Source: Thermodesulfobacteriota bacterium | GTDB taxonomy: Bacteria; Desulfobacterota; Desulfobacteria; Desulfobacterales; SURF-7 | Direction of reading: 5' to 3' | Assembly: GCA_049320885.1 (NCBI GenBank) | Contig: JBMORA010000033.1 | Coordinates: 32,001 to 96,000, forward strand | DNA: 64,000 nucleotides | Part shown: positions 17,678 through 26,262 of the stretch, piece by piece | Numbering within the stretch: the stretch's first letter is position 1 | How the letters are laid out: the number at the start of each line of letters is the position of its first letter | Translations under genes and position numbers: made by a program | The notes under the pieces: model-generated | The model's database searches: none | What the model was told of the DNA's origin: nothing | Seen by the model: only the letters and a program-made list of their open reading frames with translations

Positions 17678-17839
17678 TTTCCGGTTATTGTCCGGGTCGG
17701 TGATGTTTGGAAAATCACATCTTCCGTTCTTAAAACGCTTTTTCCAGCCCCCAAAACATCGTTCTAAGACCCCAAAGTGGCCTGTTTTTTATCCTAACCA
17801 ATTGATAGTAATAGGTTCTACTTGGTCCGACAAGAAATC
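17527..17839. repeat. 313-bp direct repeat, copy 2
   Basis: Matches 14584-14896; spans the 5' end of the orphan Rhs ORF and its upstream non-coding segment, which holds an IHF-consensus match at 17795-17807. Confidence 0.95.
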
Positions 17840-17886
17840 GGAGCGCAGTACCGCACGCGGCGGGCTCGGCACAAGGCATTCGTCGG

Positions 17887-18207
17887 TTAAAAGGGAGACT
17901 CTTCTGCATCACGATTCCACCCCCAATCTTTTAGCATTTCAATAAAACTTTGCCTATCGTAGGGTTCTTGGCCATACGAATTATCGATAATCGATACTCC
18001 ATATCCCATGTTAATAATTTCATTTGTAAATAATTTAACAGAGTCAAATTTATTAACGATAAGCATGCCATTAGGTGGCCCGAAATCCTTTACTAATAAT
18101 TCTGCGAATATTTGGTCACCGGATGGCAGCTTCAATCTATAAGGTGTGACTATTATAAAGCCTATATCTTCTGCAGCCAATTGCCACCTTTTAATTATAT
18201 CACTCAT
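17887..18207 (-). CDS. Putative cytoplasmic Rhs immunity protein
   Basis: 106-aa low-GC ORF 18 nt downstream of the second Rhs tip; GAGGA RBS. Confidence 0.7.
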   Translation of the reverse strand: MSDIIKRWQLAAEDIGFIIVTPYRLKLPSGDQIFAELLVKDFGPPNGMLIVNKFDSVKLFTNEIINMGYGVSIIDNSYGQEPYDRQSFIEMLKDWGWNRDAEESPF

Positions 18208-18225
18208 AATATTACGTCCTCACGA

Positions 18226-19064
18226 TTATCTGATAGGAATATGTCTTACAGGGCCAACATGTCCGTGCCAAATATTGATATTCCTATCAGGATGTATTTC
18301 AGGGCCTCTTACCGTATTTTCTGGAAAAGGATCTTCAAGTTGTTTATTCAACTCTTTATAAGTACTCATATCATCAGCAGAAATGCCGCCTTTCTTTTTA
18401 TCTTGCTTAGCCATTTCTACTAATGCCTGTTTTTCATCACTATGTTTTCCACATTCAGTGTCAGTCGAGCCTTGATTTTGTTTGACTTGAGGCAAACTTT
18501 CAAGAAGATTATAAAGATCCAATGTGGCCGCGCCTGTCATGAGTCCTGCAGCGAGAATATCACCGAAAGGTAATGGGCCATCCATAATAGCCATATACCC
18601 CGCAATAGGAGCTGCTGCTTGCAGATAAAATTCACCCGTTGGATCAATCAGGTTCACCGGATTATTCAGGACATATCCATACAGATCAGTATCCCCACCG
18701 TCAAAAAGGATCGGATCTTTAGCGGTCCATCGACCTGTCTCCGGGTCATAGTCGCGGTAGCCGAATCGCACCAGCCCGGTGTCCCGGTCATGCAGGCCGC
18801 CGGCAAATCCGAACGGAATTGTGAAGGCGGGGTTCGTGTCCGCGAGTATATACCCGAAGGCGTCGTAGTCAACTGTTTTGATGAGATTGCCTAACGCATC
18901 CGTCACCGCGCGTAAGGACCCCACTTGATCGTAGAGGAGATAGTAGCGCTGGCCGGAGCGGGTCAGGGAGACGGGCAGGCGGCTGTCCGCGTATTCCAGG
19001 CGCAGGATCAGGTTGTCGGCGCCATCATAAACCGCCAGAAGTTGTGTCAACCCCTGCCAGGGCG
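18226..19064 (-). CDS. Orphan Rhs core fragment with His-rich C-terminal toxin domain (5'-truncated)
   Basis: YDQVGSLR, YDAFG, FGFAGGLHDRDTGLVRFGYRDYDP, LYGYVLNNPVNLIDPTG, then tip ending HPDRNINIWHGHVGPVRHIP; frame is cut by the 119-bp element. Confidence 0.85.
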
Positions 19065-19183
19065 GGGGCATGGGGTCACATCTCAAAATTTAAGTATTTT
19101 CTTTCCGATCTGATCGACTCGCGCTATCTTAGCGGCACCACCATATCAATCCTTAATATTGTAGATGCGACCGTTCTGTTTCC
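19065..19183. repeat. 119-bp element with terminal inverted repeats, copy 2
   Basis: GGGGTCACATCT...AGATGCGACCG; same orientation as 14421-14539. Confidence 0.8.
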
Positions 19184-19189
19184 CCCGCC

Positions 19190-19345
19190 GCCGTATTTTA
19201 TGAGCATTTTCAGGTCCGCGGAACTTCAAGGATTGAATCCTGTCGAGAAAACCATCGAAGACGCCAGGACTTTGCGCCAAGGTAAAAATGATGATAGGGT
19301 CGGATTCGAATTGGCAGCCTAATTTTCAAAGAGCCAAACTGTTAC
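19190..19345 (+). mobile_element. Remnant 3' end of an IS66-like element
   Basis: Peptide MSIFRSAELQGLNPVE...LAA* resembles IS66 TnpC C-termini; ends ...CTGTTAC, matching the GTAA-type IS66 terminus. Confidence 0.5.
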
Positions 19346-19375
19346 GAAAAGATGAGGAGGATGCAAGCGGTGTCC

Positions 19376-19795
19376 ATGTCCGATCTGCGAAAAATCGTCG
19401 AACCCTTTGTGCGGAATGTGCTGGGATGCGGCTGTCCGGATGCGGTTTTTGACGATATCCGGATGGTCGATCCAAAGGACGGATTGGCGGGAATGCCGAT
19501 CGATTATCTGCTCCTAATCGGCGGCCGCCTGCTCATTGTCGTCTGCGCATCCGATCCTGATGCGGATATGGCGGCGCATCTGGCACAACTGGTCCATTCC
19601 GGCAGGCAGTTGCGCGACGAGCTTGGCTTCAATCGCTTCCGGTTGGTGGTGCCGCTTGCCGATATGGAATCAACCCGGAAACTCCGGCAGGCCTTCGCAG
19701 CCCTGACCGGATTGGATGATCGCACCCACCTGCATGTCCTGGCGCCGTCCATGCTGCCGACAATCCAGTTCCCGTCGCACCCGCTTCAGGGATGA
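19376..19795 (+). CDS. Hypothetical protein with LGCGCP motif
   Basis: FVRNVLGCGCPDAVF...IGGRLL...GFNRFRLVV...DDRTHLH; start could be 19352. Confidence 0.7.
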   Translation: MSDLRKIVEPFVRNVLGCGCPDAVFDDIRMVDPKDGLAGMPIDYLLLIGGRLLIVVCASDPDADMAAHLAQLVHSGRQLRDELGFNRFRLVVPLADMESTRKLRQAFAALTGLDDRTHLHVLAPSMLPTIQFPSHPLQG

Positions 19796-19807
19796 TCCCT
19801 GAGCCAG

Positions 19808-20281
19808 TCATTTCAATTTTTTTTCCATGAAAAGTGCTGTGGGGTCCGGGTTAAATCGATAGGTTCCTATTTCCTTGAAGCCCACGCTTTTATACAACGC
19901 TATCGCTCTGTCGAGCTTCCGGAGCGTGTCCAACCGTACTGCCGTGTAGCCCAGGTCTGTGGCTGTTTCAATAAAACGATCGGTGAGTGCTTTTCCGATT
20001 CCCTTACCTTGAAAGGAAGGAAGCACATACATGCGTTTCATTTCCGCGATGCCTTCGCCAAGATCGCGCAGCCCAACGCACCCGACAAAATCACCGCCAA
20101 CGCTGGCCAGCAACAGCGCCCCTCTTGGCGGTCCGTACATGACCGGCAAAGAATTCAATTCGGCTTCAAACCCCTGGAAGCACAGATCCACTTCGAGGAA
20201 TTGCTGGTATAACTCAAAGAGCCGCCTTGCTTCGGCGAACTCTGCTGGTTGCGTTGCGGTGATGATCAGCAATTCCGTCAC
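19808..20281 (-). CDS. GNAT-family N-acetyltransferase
   Basis: DLCFQGF..EL..LP..YGPP.G, EMKRMYV.P.FQGKGIG, AIALYKSVGF. Confidence 0.92.
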   Translation of the reverse strand: MTELLIITATQPAEFAEARRLFELYQQFLEVDLCFQGFEAELNSLPVMYGPPRGALLLASVGGDFVGCVGLRDLGEGIAEMKRMYVLPSFQGKGIGKALTDRFIETATDLGYTAVRLDTLRKLDRAIALYKSVGFKEIGTYRFNPDPTALFMEKKLK

Positions 20282-21108
20282 CGCACGATGAATTCAACCC
20301 GGCGGTTCTGGGAGCGCCCGTCGGCGGTGCCGTTGCCGGCAAAGGGCTTGTCGTAGCCGAACCCCATGGTGATAATCCGGCGGGCGGCGATGCCGTTCCG
20401 GATCATGTACTGCCTCACGGCCTGGGCGCGTTTCCGCGAGAGATTCAGGTTGTAGGTCTGGGAGCCGATGCTGCATGTATGCCCCTGCAACACCACCTGC
20501 GCCTCCGGATCGGCCTTCAGGTCCCGGATGATGTTATCGATGATATAGAAATAAGGCGGCTTGACGATATCCTTGTCAAAATCGAAAATGACGTAGTTCT
20601 CCGGCTCCCCGCCGGCCCCGGAACCATCCCGGGACATTCCGCCCGGCCCGCCGGTTCCATCTGCCCCGCCAGCTCCGCCCGGACCACCGGATGAACCCCC
20701 GGAGCCGCCCCACCGCCCTCCCCGGCCCTGGCGGCCCGGGCAATCGTCGCATATTTTGGTGAGTTGGAACTTATCGCCCTTAGCCGGCGCATATCCGCAA
20801 TCTTCGAAACGGAATTGAACTTCGCCGCCGTCGATCCTCACCAGCCAATGATCCGGGTCCAGTTTGTACATCAGGACCCGCTTGCCTTCTTCCGTTTGCG
20901 GACATATCTTGCCGAATTTAATCGGGTCCTGCACCGTGGCCACATAACTGCCCCCATCGGAAACCAGGGTCAAGGTCTTTGAAACCGGACAGAGCCCCAG
21001 ATAGTCGTTGAATTCATAGAAATCAAGGCCGAAGACCGGCTGCGGAAACAGCAGAAAAAAGCCGGCCGCCAGAATCATCGCCATGGAATAAGAACTCTTG
21101 CTGCGCAT
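20278..21108 (-). CDS. Exported OmpA-family peptidoglycan-binding protein with Gly-rich linker
   Basis: Signal-like N-terminus; IFDFDK, GHTCSIGSQTYNLNLSRKRA, GRSQNRRVE. Confidence 0.88.
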   Translation of the reverse strand: MRSKSSYSMAMILAAGFFLLFPQPVFGLDFYEFNDYLGLCPVSKTLTLVSDGGSYVATVQDPIKFGKICPQTEEGKRVLMYKLDPDHWLVRIDGGEVQFRFEDCGYAPAKGDKFQLTKICDDCPGRQGRGGRWGGSGGSSGGPGGAGGADGTGGPGGMSRDGSGAGGEPENYVIFDFDKDIVKPPYFYIIDNIIRDLKADPEAQVVLQGHTCSIGSQTYNLNLSRKRAQAVRQYMIRNGIAARRIITMGFGYDKPFAGNGTADGRSQNRRVEFIVR

Positions 21109-21433
21109 GCGTCATGATCCGCTCTGGAGTGATTATAGTGGACTCTATCCCCGGATTTATCACCGGATGGCATTGCCCGTATTATAGTGTCCCCTTTTTG
21201 TTTTTGCAACTCCTTGTTTCAATTTGCCTTCTGCATGATCTGCGTGAATCGGCGTAATCTGCGGATAGAAAAAATGGGCGGTTGGGCATTCATCGTCCTT
21301 AAAATTGTGGGAAGATGCTTTTTACTTGTGATGTCCATGTCCCGCAGTACCGCCAAACTTGACAAGGTCCGGGCTTGTCTGTAAATGTTTCCTTACGTTT
21401 TGATCCCTTTTTGTAAGTGAACAGGAAAATGTC

Positions 21434-22501
21434 ATGAGCCGTTTCTGGAGCGAAGTCGTCACCGGCCTGAAACCCTATGTGCCGGGCGAACAACCCAAAA
21501 TCACCAATCTGATCAAACTCAACACCAATGAGAACCCCTATGGGCCTTCTCCGAAAGTGATCGAGGCCTTGAAAGCCGAGGTCGCCGACACCTTGCGGCT
21601 GTATCCGGATCCCAATGGCGATTTGCTGAAACAAGCCGTGGCGGACTATTACGCGCTTCCACCCGGCCAGGTTTTTGTCGGCAACGGGTCCGACGAAGTC
21701 CTGGCCCATGCGTTCCAGGCTCTCCTGAAGCATGAAAACCCCCTGCTGTTTCCGGACATCTCCTATAGTTTCTATCCGGTGTATTGCGGATTATACCGCA
21801 TCGACTTCGCGACGGTGCCCCTCACGGAAACATTTGAGATCGACCTGCGGGATTACCTGCGGCCCAACGGCGGCATCATTTTCCCCAACCCCAATGCACC
21901 CACGGGTATCGCCCTGCCCCTCGGCGCGGTGGAAGAACTCTTGCGCCGCAATACGGAATCCGTTGTCGTGGTTGATGAAGCCTATATCGATTTCGGCGGG
22001 GAAACCGCCGCACCGCTGGTGAACCGCTACCCGAACCTGCTGGTGGTCCAGACATTGTCCAAATCCCGTTCCCTGGCCGGCCTCCGGGTGGGCTTCGCCA
22101 TGGGCCGGGAAGACCTCATCGAAGGCCTGGAACGGGTCAAAAACAGCTTCAACTCCTACCCCCTGGACCGGCCGGCCCTGCGGGGAGCGGCGGCGGCCAT
22201 GGCGGACCGGGCCTATTTCGATGAAACCCGGAACCGCATCATCCGCACCCGGGAAAAGCTGGTGGAAAATCTGAAAAACCTGCACTTCCAGATATTGCCG
22301 TCCAAGGCCAATTTCATCTTTGTCCGGCATCCGGAGCGGGATGCGGCGGAAATCAGCCGCCGGCTGCGGGAAAAATCCATTATCGTCCGCCATTTCCGGC
22401 AACCGCGCATCGAGCAGTTCCTGCGCATCACCATCGGCACGGATGGGGAATGCGACCGACTGGTCGAGGCCCTGGAGACCATCCTGGCGGATCGTTGCTG
22501 A
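21434..22501 (+). CDS. hisC: Histidinol-phosphate aminotransferase
   Basis: [51 protein letters not shown]. Confidence 0.93.
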   Translation: MSRFWSEVVTGLKPYVPGEQPKITNLIKLNTNENPYGPSPKVIEALKAEVADTLRLYPDPNGDLLKQAVADYYALPPGQVFVGNGSDEVLAHAFQALLKHENPLLFPDISYSFYPVYCGLYRIDFATVPLTETFEIDLRDYLRPNGGIIFPNPNAPTGIALPLGAVEELLRRNTESVVVVDEAYIDFGGETAAPLVNRYPNLLVVQTLSKSRSLAGLRVGFAMGREDLIEGLERVKNSFNSYPLDRPALRGAAAAMADRAYFDETRNRIIRTREKLVENLKNLHFQILPSKANFIFVRHPERDAAEISRRLREKSIIVRHFRQPRIEQFLRITIGTDGECDRLVEALETILADRC

Positions 22502-22525
22502 TTGTCCCTGTTACAAGGCCGACGC

Positions 22526-23974
22526 TCACTCCTCCGGTCCTTTCACCCCGGTCTGGATTTTCAGGCCGTACCGCTCGATGCGGGCCAAAAGGGTCGGCCG
22601 GGAAAGCCCCAGCATTTTCGCCGCCTGGGTGCGATTGCCCTCGGTGATCTTCAGGGCCTCCCGGGTGACAATGCCGCCGAAATAATCCATCATGCTGTCG
22701 AACAGGTTCTCCTCACCGGAGGAAACCAGCAACTCGTGGACCCACTCCCGCAGCCCGGCCTCGAACCCCTCGGCGGAATTGGCCCGGGATGGTTTCCGGG
22801 CGCCGTGATATTCATCCATGGTGTGGAGGATATCCTCCTCGGTGAGCGGAGCCCCCTGGCTGAAGATCAACGCTTTCTGAATGGTGTTGGAAAGCTCCCG
22901 GACATTTCCCGGCCAGGCGTGCCGCCGCAAGGCGTGCAGGGCGGCATCCGACCTGCCGGGATCGGGGATATTCATCTCCCGGCTGTATTTCTGCAAAAAA
23001 TAATCGATGAGCAGCGGCAGGTCCTCCGGTCGCTCCCGCAGCGGCGGCAGGTTCAGGCTGACGACTTTCAGGCGGTAATACAGATCTTCCCGGAACCGGC
23101 CCTCGGCCACCGCCGCCTCCAGGTCGCGATTGGTGGCCGCGATGATCCGGACATCCACGGGAATCGGCTGCCGCCCGCCCAGACGTTCGATGCTCCGTTC
23201 CTGCAGCAGCCTCAGAATCTTCGCCTGGATGTTGTACGGCATATCGCCGATCTCATCCAGAAAAACCGTTCCATTGTTGGCCTGCTCGATTTTGCCCACC
23301 CGCCGCGTCACGGCGCCCGTAAAGGCGCCCTTTTCATAACCGAACAATTCGCTCTCCAGCAGCGTGTCCGGAATGGCCACGCAATTGATCACCAGAAACG
23401 GCTTGTCGGATCTCAGGCTGTGCTGATAAATGGCCCTGGCCACCAGTTCCTTGCCGGTTCCGGACTCGCCACGGATGAGAATCGTGGCGTCGGTGGGCGC
23501 GGCCCGGCCGATGGCCTTGTAAACTTCCTGCATGGGTGCGCTCTGGCCCACAATGGCGTCCTGGGTCATGGATTTGGCGGGGGCGTTCATCGTGACCTGG
23601 GAACGCATGAACCGGCCGGCCTGCAGGGCCTTCCCGATGAGTTCGAGTATTTCCGGGATTTCAAACGGTTTGATCACATAATCAAAGGCCCCCATTTTGG
23701 TGGCCTCGATGGCCGTTTCCGTGGTTCCGTAGGCCGTCATGATGATCACCGGCAATTTGGGATTGATCCGGTGCATGATTTCAAACGCCTCCAGACCGCT
23801 CATTCCCGGCATGCGCACGTCCATGATCACCAGGTCCGGCCGGTTCTCCTTGACCACGGCGATGCCGGCTTCGCCGGAATTGGCTGTCAACAATATATGC
23901 CCCTCGCTTGACAGAATCTTCTGAAAGCTCTGCCGCAGTTGCGGATCATCGTCGACAATCAGAATTCTAGCCAT
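22526..23974 (-). CDS. NtrC-family sigma54-dependent response regulator
   Basis: Receiver (MDVRMP), GESGTGKE, ESELFGYEKGAFTGA, FLDEIGD, WPGNVREL, C-terminal Fis-type HTH. Confidence 0.95.
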   Translation of the reverse strand: MARILIVDDDPQLRQSFQKILSSEGHILLTANSGEAGIAVVKENRPDLVIMDVRMPGMSGLEAFEIMHRINPKLPVIIMTAYGTTETAIEATKMGAFDYVIKPFEIPEILELIGKALQAGRFMRSQVTMNAPAKSMTQDAIVGQSAPMQEVYKAIGRAAPTDATILIRGESGTGKELVARAIYQHSLRSDKPFLVINCVAIPDTLLESELFGYEKGAFTGAVTRRVGKIEQANNGTVFLDEIGDMPYNIQAKILRLLQERSIERLGGRQPIPVDVRIIAATNRDLEAAVAEGRFREDLYYRLKVVSLNLPPLRERPEDLPLLIDYFLQKYSREMNIPDPGRSDAALHALRRHAWPGNVRELSNTIQKALIFSQGAPLTEEDILHTMDEYHGARKPSRANSAEGFEAGLREWVHELLVSSGEENLFDSMMDYFGGIVTREALKITEGNRTQAAKMLGLSRPTLLARIERYGLKIQTGVKGPEE

Positions 23975-25436
23975 GAATCGCCTCCTTCATCGGCAGGGCG
24001 ATGACGAAGGTCGCCCCGGCACCTTCTCCGGGCCGGACATCGATCTCACCACCGTGCTCTTCAATGATGCGTTTTGCTATACTGAGCCCCAACCCGGAAC
24101 CTTCTTCCTTGGAGCTGAAAAACGGCTGAAAAACCTTTTCCTGGAGCGTCTCCGGTATCCCCGGGCCATTGTCGTGAATCTGGATCAGGGCCACCGCCCC
24201 AAGGTTTTCCCGCAGCCCGGTCTCCTCCACGATCTGAATCATGCCACCTTCGCCCATGGCCTCGCAGGCGTTCACCAGCAGGTTCACCAGCACTTCCTTC
24301 AGCTGGTCCGTATCGATGGAAATCTCCGGCAACCGTCCGATCCGCTTCACCTGCACTTCCGTTCGGTAGGAATCGAACCGATGCCGCAGCAACTGCAAGG
24401 TCATATCCACCACGTCCGAGGGACTGGCCGGATGCATTTTCAGCTTCGGCGGCCGGGAATACTCGAGGAAATTCCGTAGAATGGTGTCGATATGGCGGAT
24501 TTCCTCGGAAATGACATCCAGATCTTCCTTCTGGGTCGGCGTCAGCCGCAGGCTGCGTTCCAAGGTGAACAGCCTCATCTTGACGGAGGTCAGCGGATTC
24601 CGAACGCTGTGGGCCACACCGGCCGCCAGCTTCCCCACCATGGCCAGTTTTTCCGACTGAATCAGGTGGGTCTGGCTTTCCACGAGCTTGGCCCGGGTCT
24701 GCCCGATGTTTTCCACCAGGTGGTCCAGCCGGTTCTTGACGGCCTTGACTTCGTCCCCCATGGGTTTCCGCCATTCGCCGTTTTCCATGGCCAGTTCGCG
24801 GATGGGCGTCAAAATCTGCCGCAACAGGACAAGCGTGAGCAAAATACTGATCAAGAGGACGCAGGGAATGGCGGCCCAGGCGAATATCACCATTTTGGAA
24901 TTGGATTTCCGGAACTGGTTGCGCAGATCCTCGATCTGGTTTTCATGGGCGGCCTTGAATTTTTCAGCCAGATCGAAAACGGCGAAAAATTGCTCCCGGA
25001 CCCGCCAGTGACGGTTTTCCCCCTCCTCGCGCTTGCCGTCCTTGTACAGGGCGACCACCTGGTCCCGCTCGAAGACATATCGGATATATCTGGATTCGAT
25101 TTCGTTCAGGATTTCCGTGGCCGCCTCGATGTTGTTGGCCGCCCGGGCGCGGCTCAGCCAGCTTTTGAAATTATTGTGCCGCCCGCCCAGCTGTTCCAGC
25201 CATTTGTCATCACGGGTAAGTAAATAATAGGTGGCCAGGCCTTTCTGCATGACCAGCTCGGTTTCCATCTTCTGGGCCGCGGTCAAGGATTTCACATCCC
25301 GATCCAGCATATCGGCATAGATGCTCTGGACCCGGTAGGTGTACCAGACCGTTCCCAGGGAACCGAAAAGGTTCAACAACGCCAAGGCCGTGATGAGCAA
25401 TAGCAGCCGCTGCCGCAAACTGATGGTTTGAAACAT
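23967..25436 (-). CDS. Membrane sensor histidine kinase (periplasmic helical sensor)
   Basis: Two TM segments, H-box AGVAHSVRNPL, NLLVNA, DNGPG, FQPFFS, GSGLGL; overlaps the NtrC-type gene. Confidence 0.93.
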   Translation of the reverse strand: MFQTISLRQRLLLLITALALLNLFGSLGTVWYTYRVQSIYADMLDRDVKSLTAAQKMETELVMQKGLATYYLLTRDDKWLEQLGGRHNNFKSWLSRARAANNIEAATEILNEIESRYIRYVFERDQVVALYKDGKREEGENRHWRVREQFFAVFDLAEKFKAAHENQIEDLRNQFRKSNSKMVIFAWAAIPCVLLISILLTLVLLRQILTPIRELAMENGEWRKPMGDEVKAVKNRLDHLVENIGQTRAKLVESQTHLIQSEKLAMVGKLAAGVAHSVRNPLTSVKMRLFTLERSLRLTPTQKEDLDVISEEIRHIDTILRNFLEYSRPPKLKMHPASPSDVVDMTLQLLRHRFDSYRTEVQVKRIGRLPEISIDTDQLKEVLVNLLVNACEAMGEGGMIQIVEETGLRENLGAVALIQIHDNGPGIPETLQEKVFQPFFSSKEEGSGLGLSIAKRIIEEHGGEIDVRPGEGAGATFVIALPMKEAIHG

Positions 25437-25549
25437 GTCGCCCTTTCTTTCCTGAATGACCCGCCATCGCATTCATTGGAAATCCGGTGTATGGGGTAGG
25501 AAGGTTGCCAAACGGGCCTATTCTATTCGCCGTCACCCGCCCTGTCTAC

Positions 25550-25616
25550 TGTAAAAAAATCCGACACTCCAACGGAAGACCTGTAAAAAAACCAAACACC
25601 CGGAGCCGGACAGACC
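25550..25616. promoter_or_regulatory. Putative enhancer (UAS) for a sigma54 activator
   Basis: Two TGT-N11-ACA boxes 32 bp apart (25550-25566, 25582-25598) plus CCGGACAGACC (25606-25616); the same elements recur at 37981-38019. Confidence 0.6.
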
Positions 25617-25654
25617 GCCCATTTGCCACCTGCCGATGAAATAATTTTCCTTTA

Positions 25655-25667
25655 TATCAAAATATTA
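25655..25667 (+). promoter_or_regulatory. IHF-binding site
   Basis: TATCAAAATATTA is a perfect WATCAANNNNTTR match, lying between the UAS and the -24/-12 promoter. Confidence 0.6.
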
Positions 25668-25694
25668 TTTCAAACCCCAGCCGCACCGACTCCC

Positions 25695-25709
25695 TGGCAT
25701 GCTCATTGC
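25695..25709 (+). promoter_or_regulatory. Sigma54 -24/-12 promoter
   Basis: TGGCATG-CTCA-TTGC. Confidence 0.75.
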
Positions 25710-25829
25710 CACCATCCATATCGAACCCATTGCCGGCCGTGCTATTCTGTATGGCAAGCAAAAGTCGTACAAAACCGGATATGGGAAGAAAGGCCATGAA
25801 AAATAAACACTGCGGCAGTTATAAAGCTC

Positions 25830-26255
25830 ATGACCAGTAGACAGTTTACCATATTGATCGCCGATCGGAACCCCCATGTCCGCGAACTGCTGAAACGGGA
25901 GTTGACCGACAGCGGATACCGGATACATCTGGCGAAAACCGCCCAGGAGGTCGTGGACGTGGCTTTCCGATCCGAGCCGCCGGATCTGCTGATCCTGGAT
26001 CCGGATCTGCCGGACAACGGACGTCTTTCCCCGCTGCGAAAGCTGAAGGAGTGCGCCCCGGCCTTGCCGCTCGTTCTCCACCTCCATAGCCCGGACACCA
26101 CGGCCGGCCTGGAAGGGCTGCTCGTCTGCGGCATCATTGAAAAAACCGGGAACAGCATCGAAAACGTGAAAAAGACCGTCGCCGAGCTTTTTAACCGCCG
26201 GAATACGTCTGAAAATCCACCAGGGCACCGCGGCCTTGCGCCGGGTCCGGGATGA
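25830..26255 (+). CDS. Atypical stand-alone receiver domain protein
   Basis: ILIADRNPHVRELL, PDLLILDPDLP; degenerate acidic pocket. Confidence 0.75.
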   Translation: MTSRQFTILIADRNPHVRELLKRELTDSGYRIHLAKTAQEVVDVAFRSEPPDLLILDPDLPDNGRLSPLRKLKECAPALPLVLHLHSPDTTAGLEGLLVCGIIEKTGNSIENVKKTVAELFNRRNTSENPPGHRGLAPGPG

Positions 26256-26262
26256 ACCGCCC

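Noticed and set aside
17793..17893. Integron attC site after the immunity gene (TTTTAAC...GTTAGGA on the minus strand)
   Set aside because: R boxes pair poorly, no complementary L boxes, and no integrase in the window
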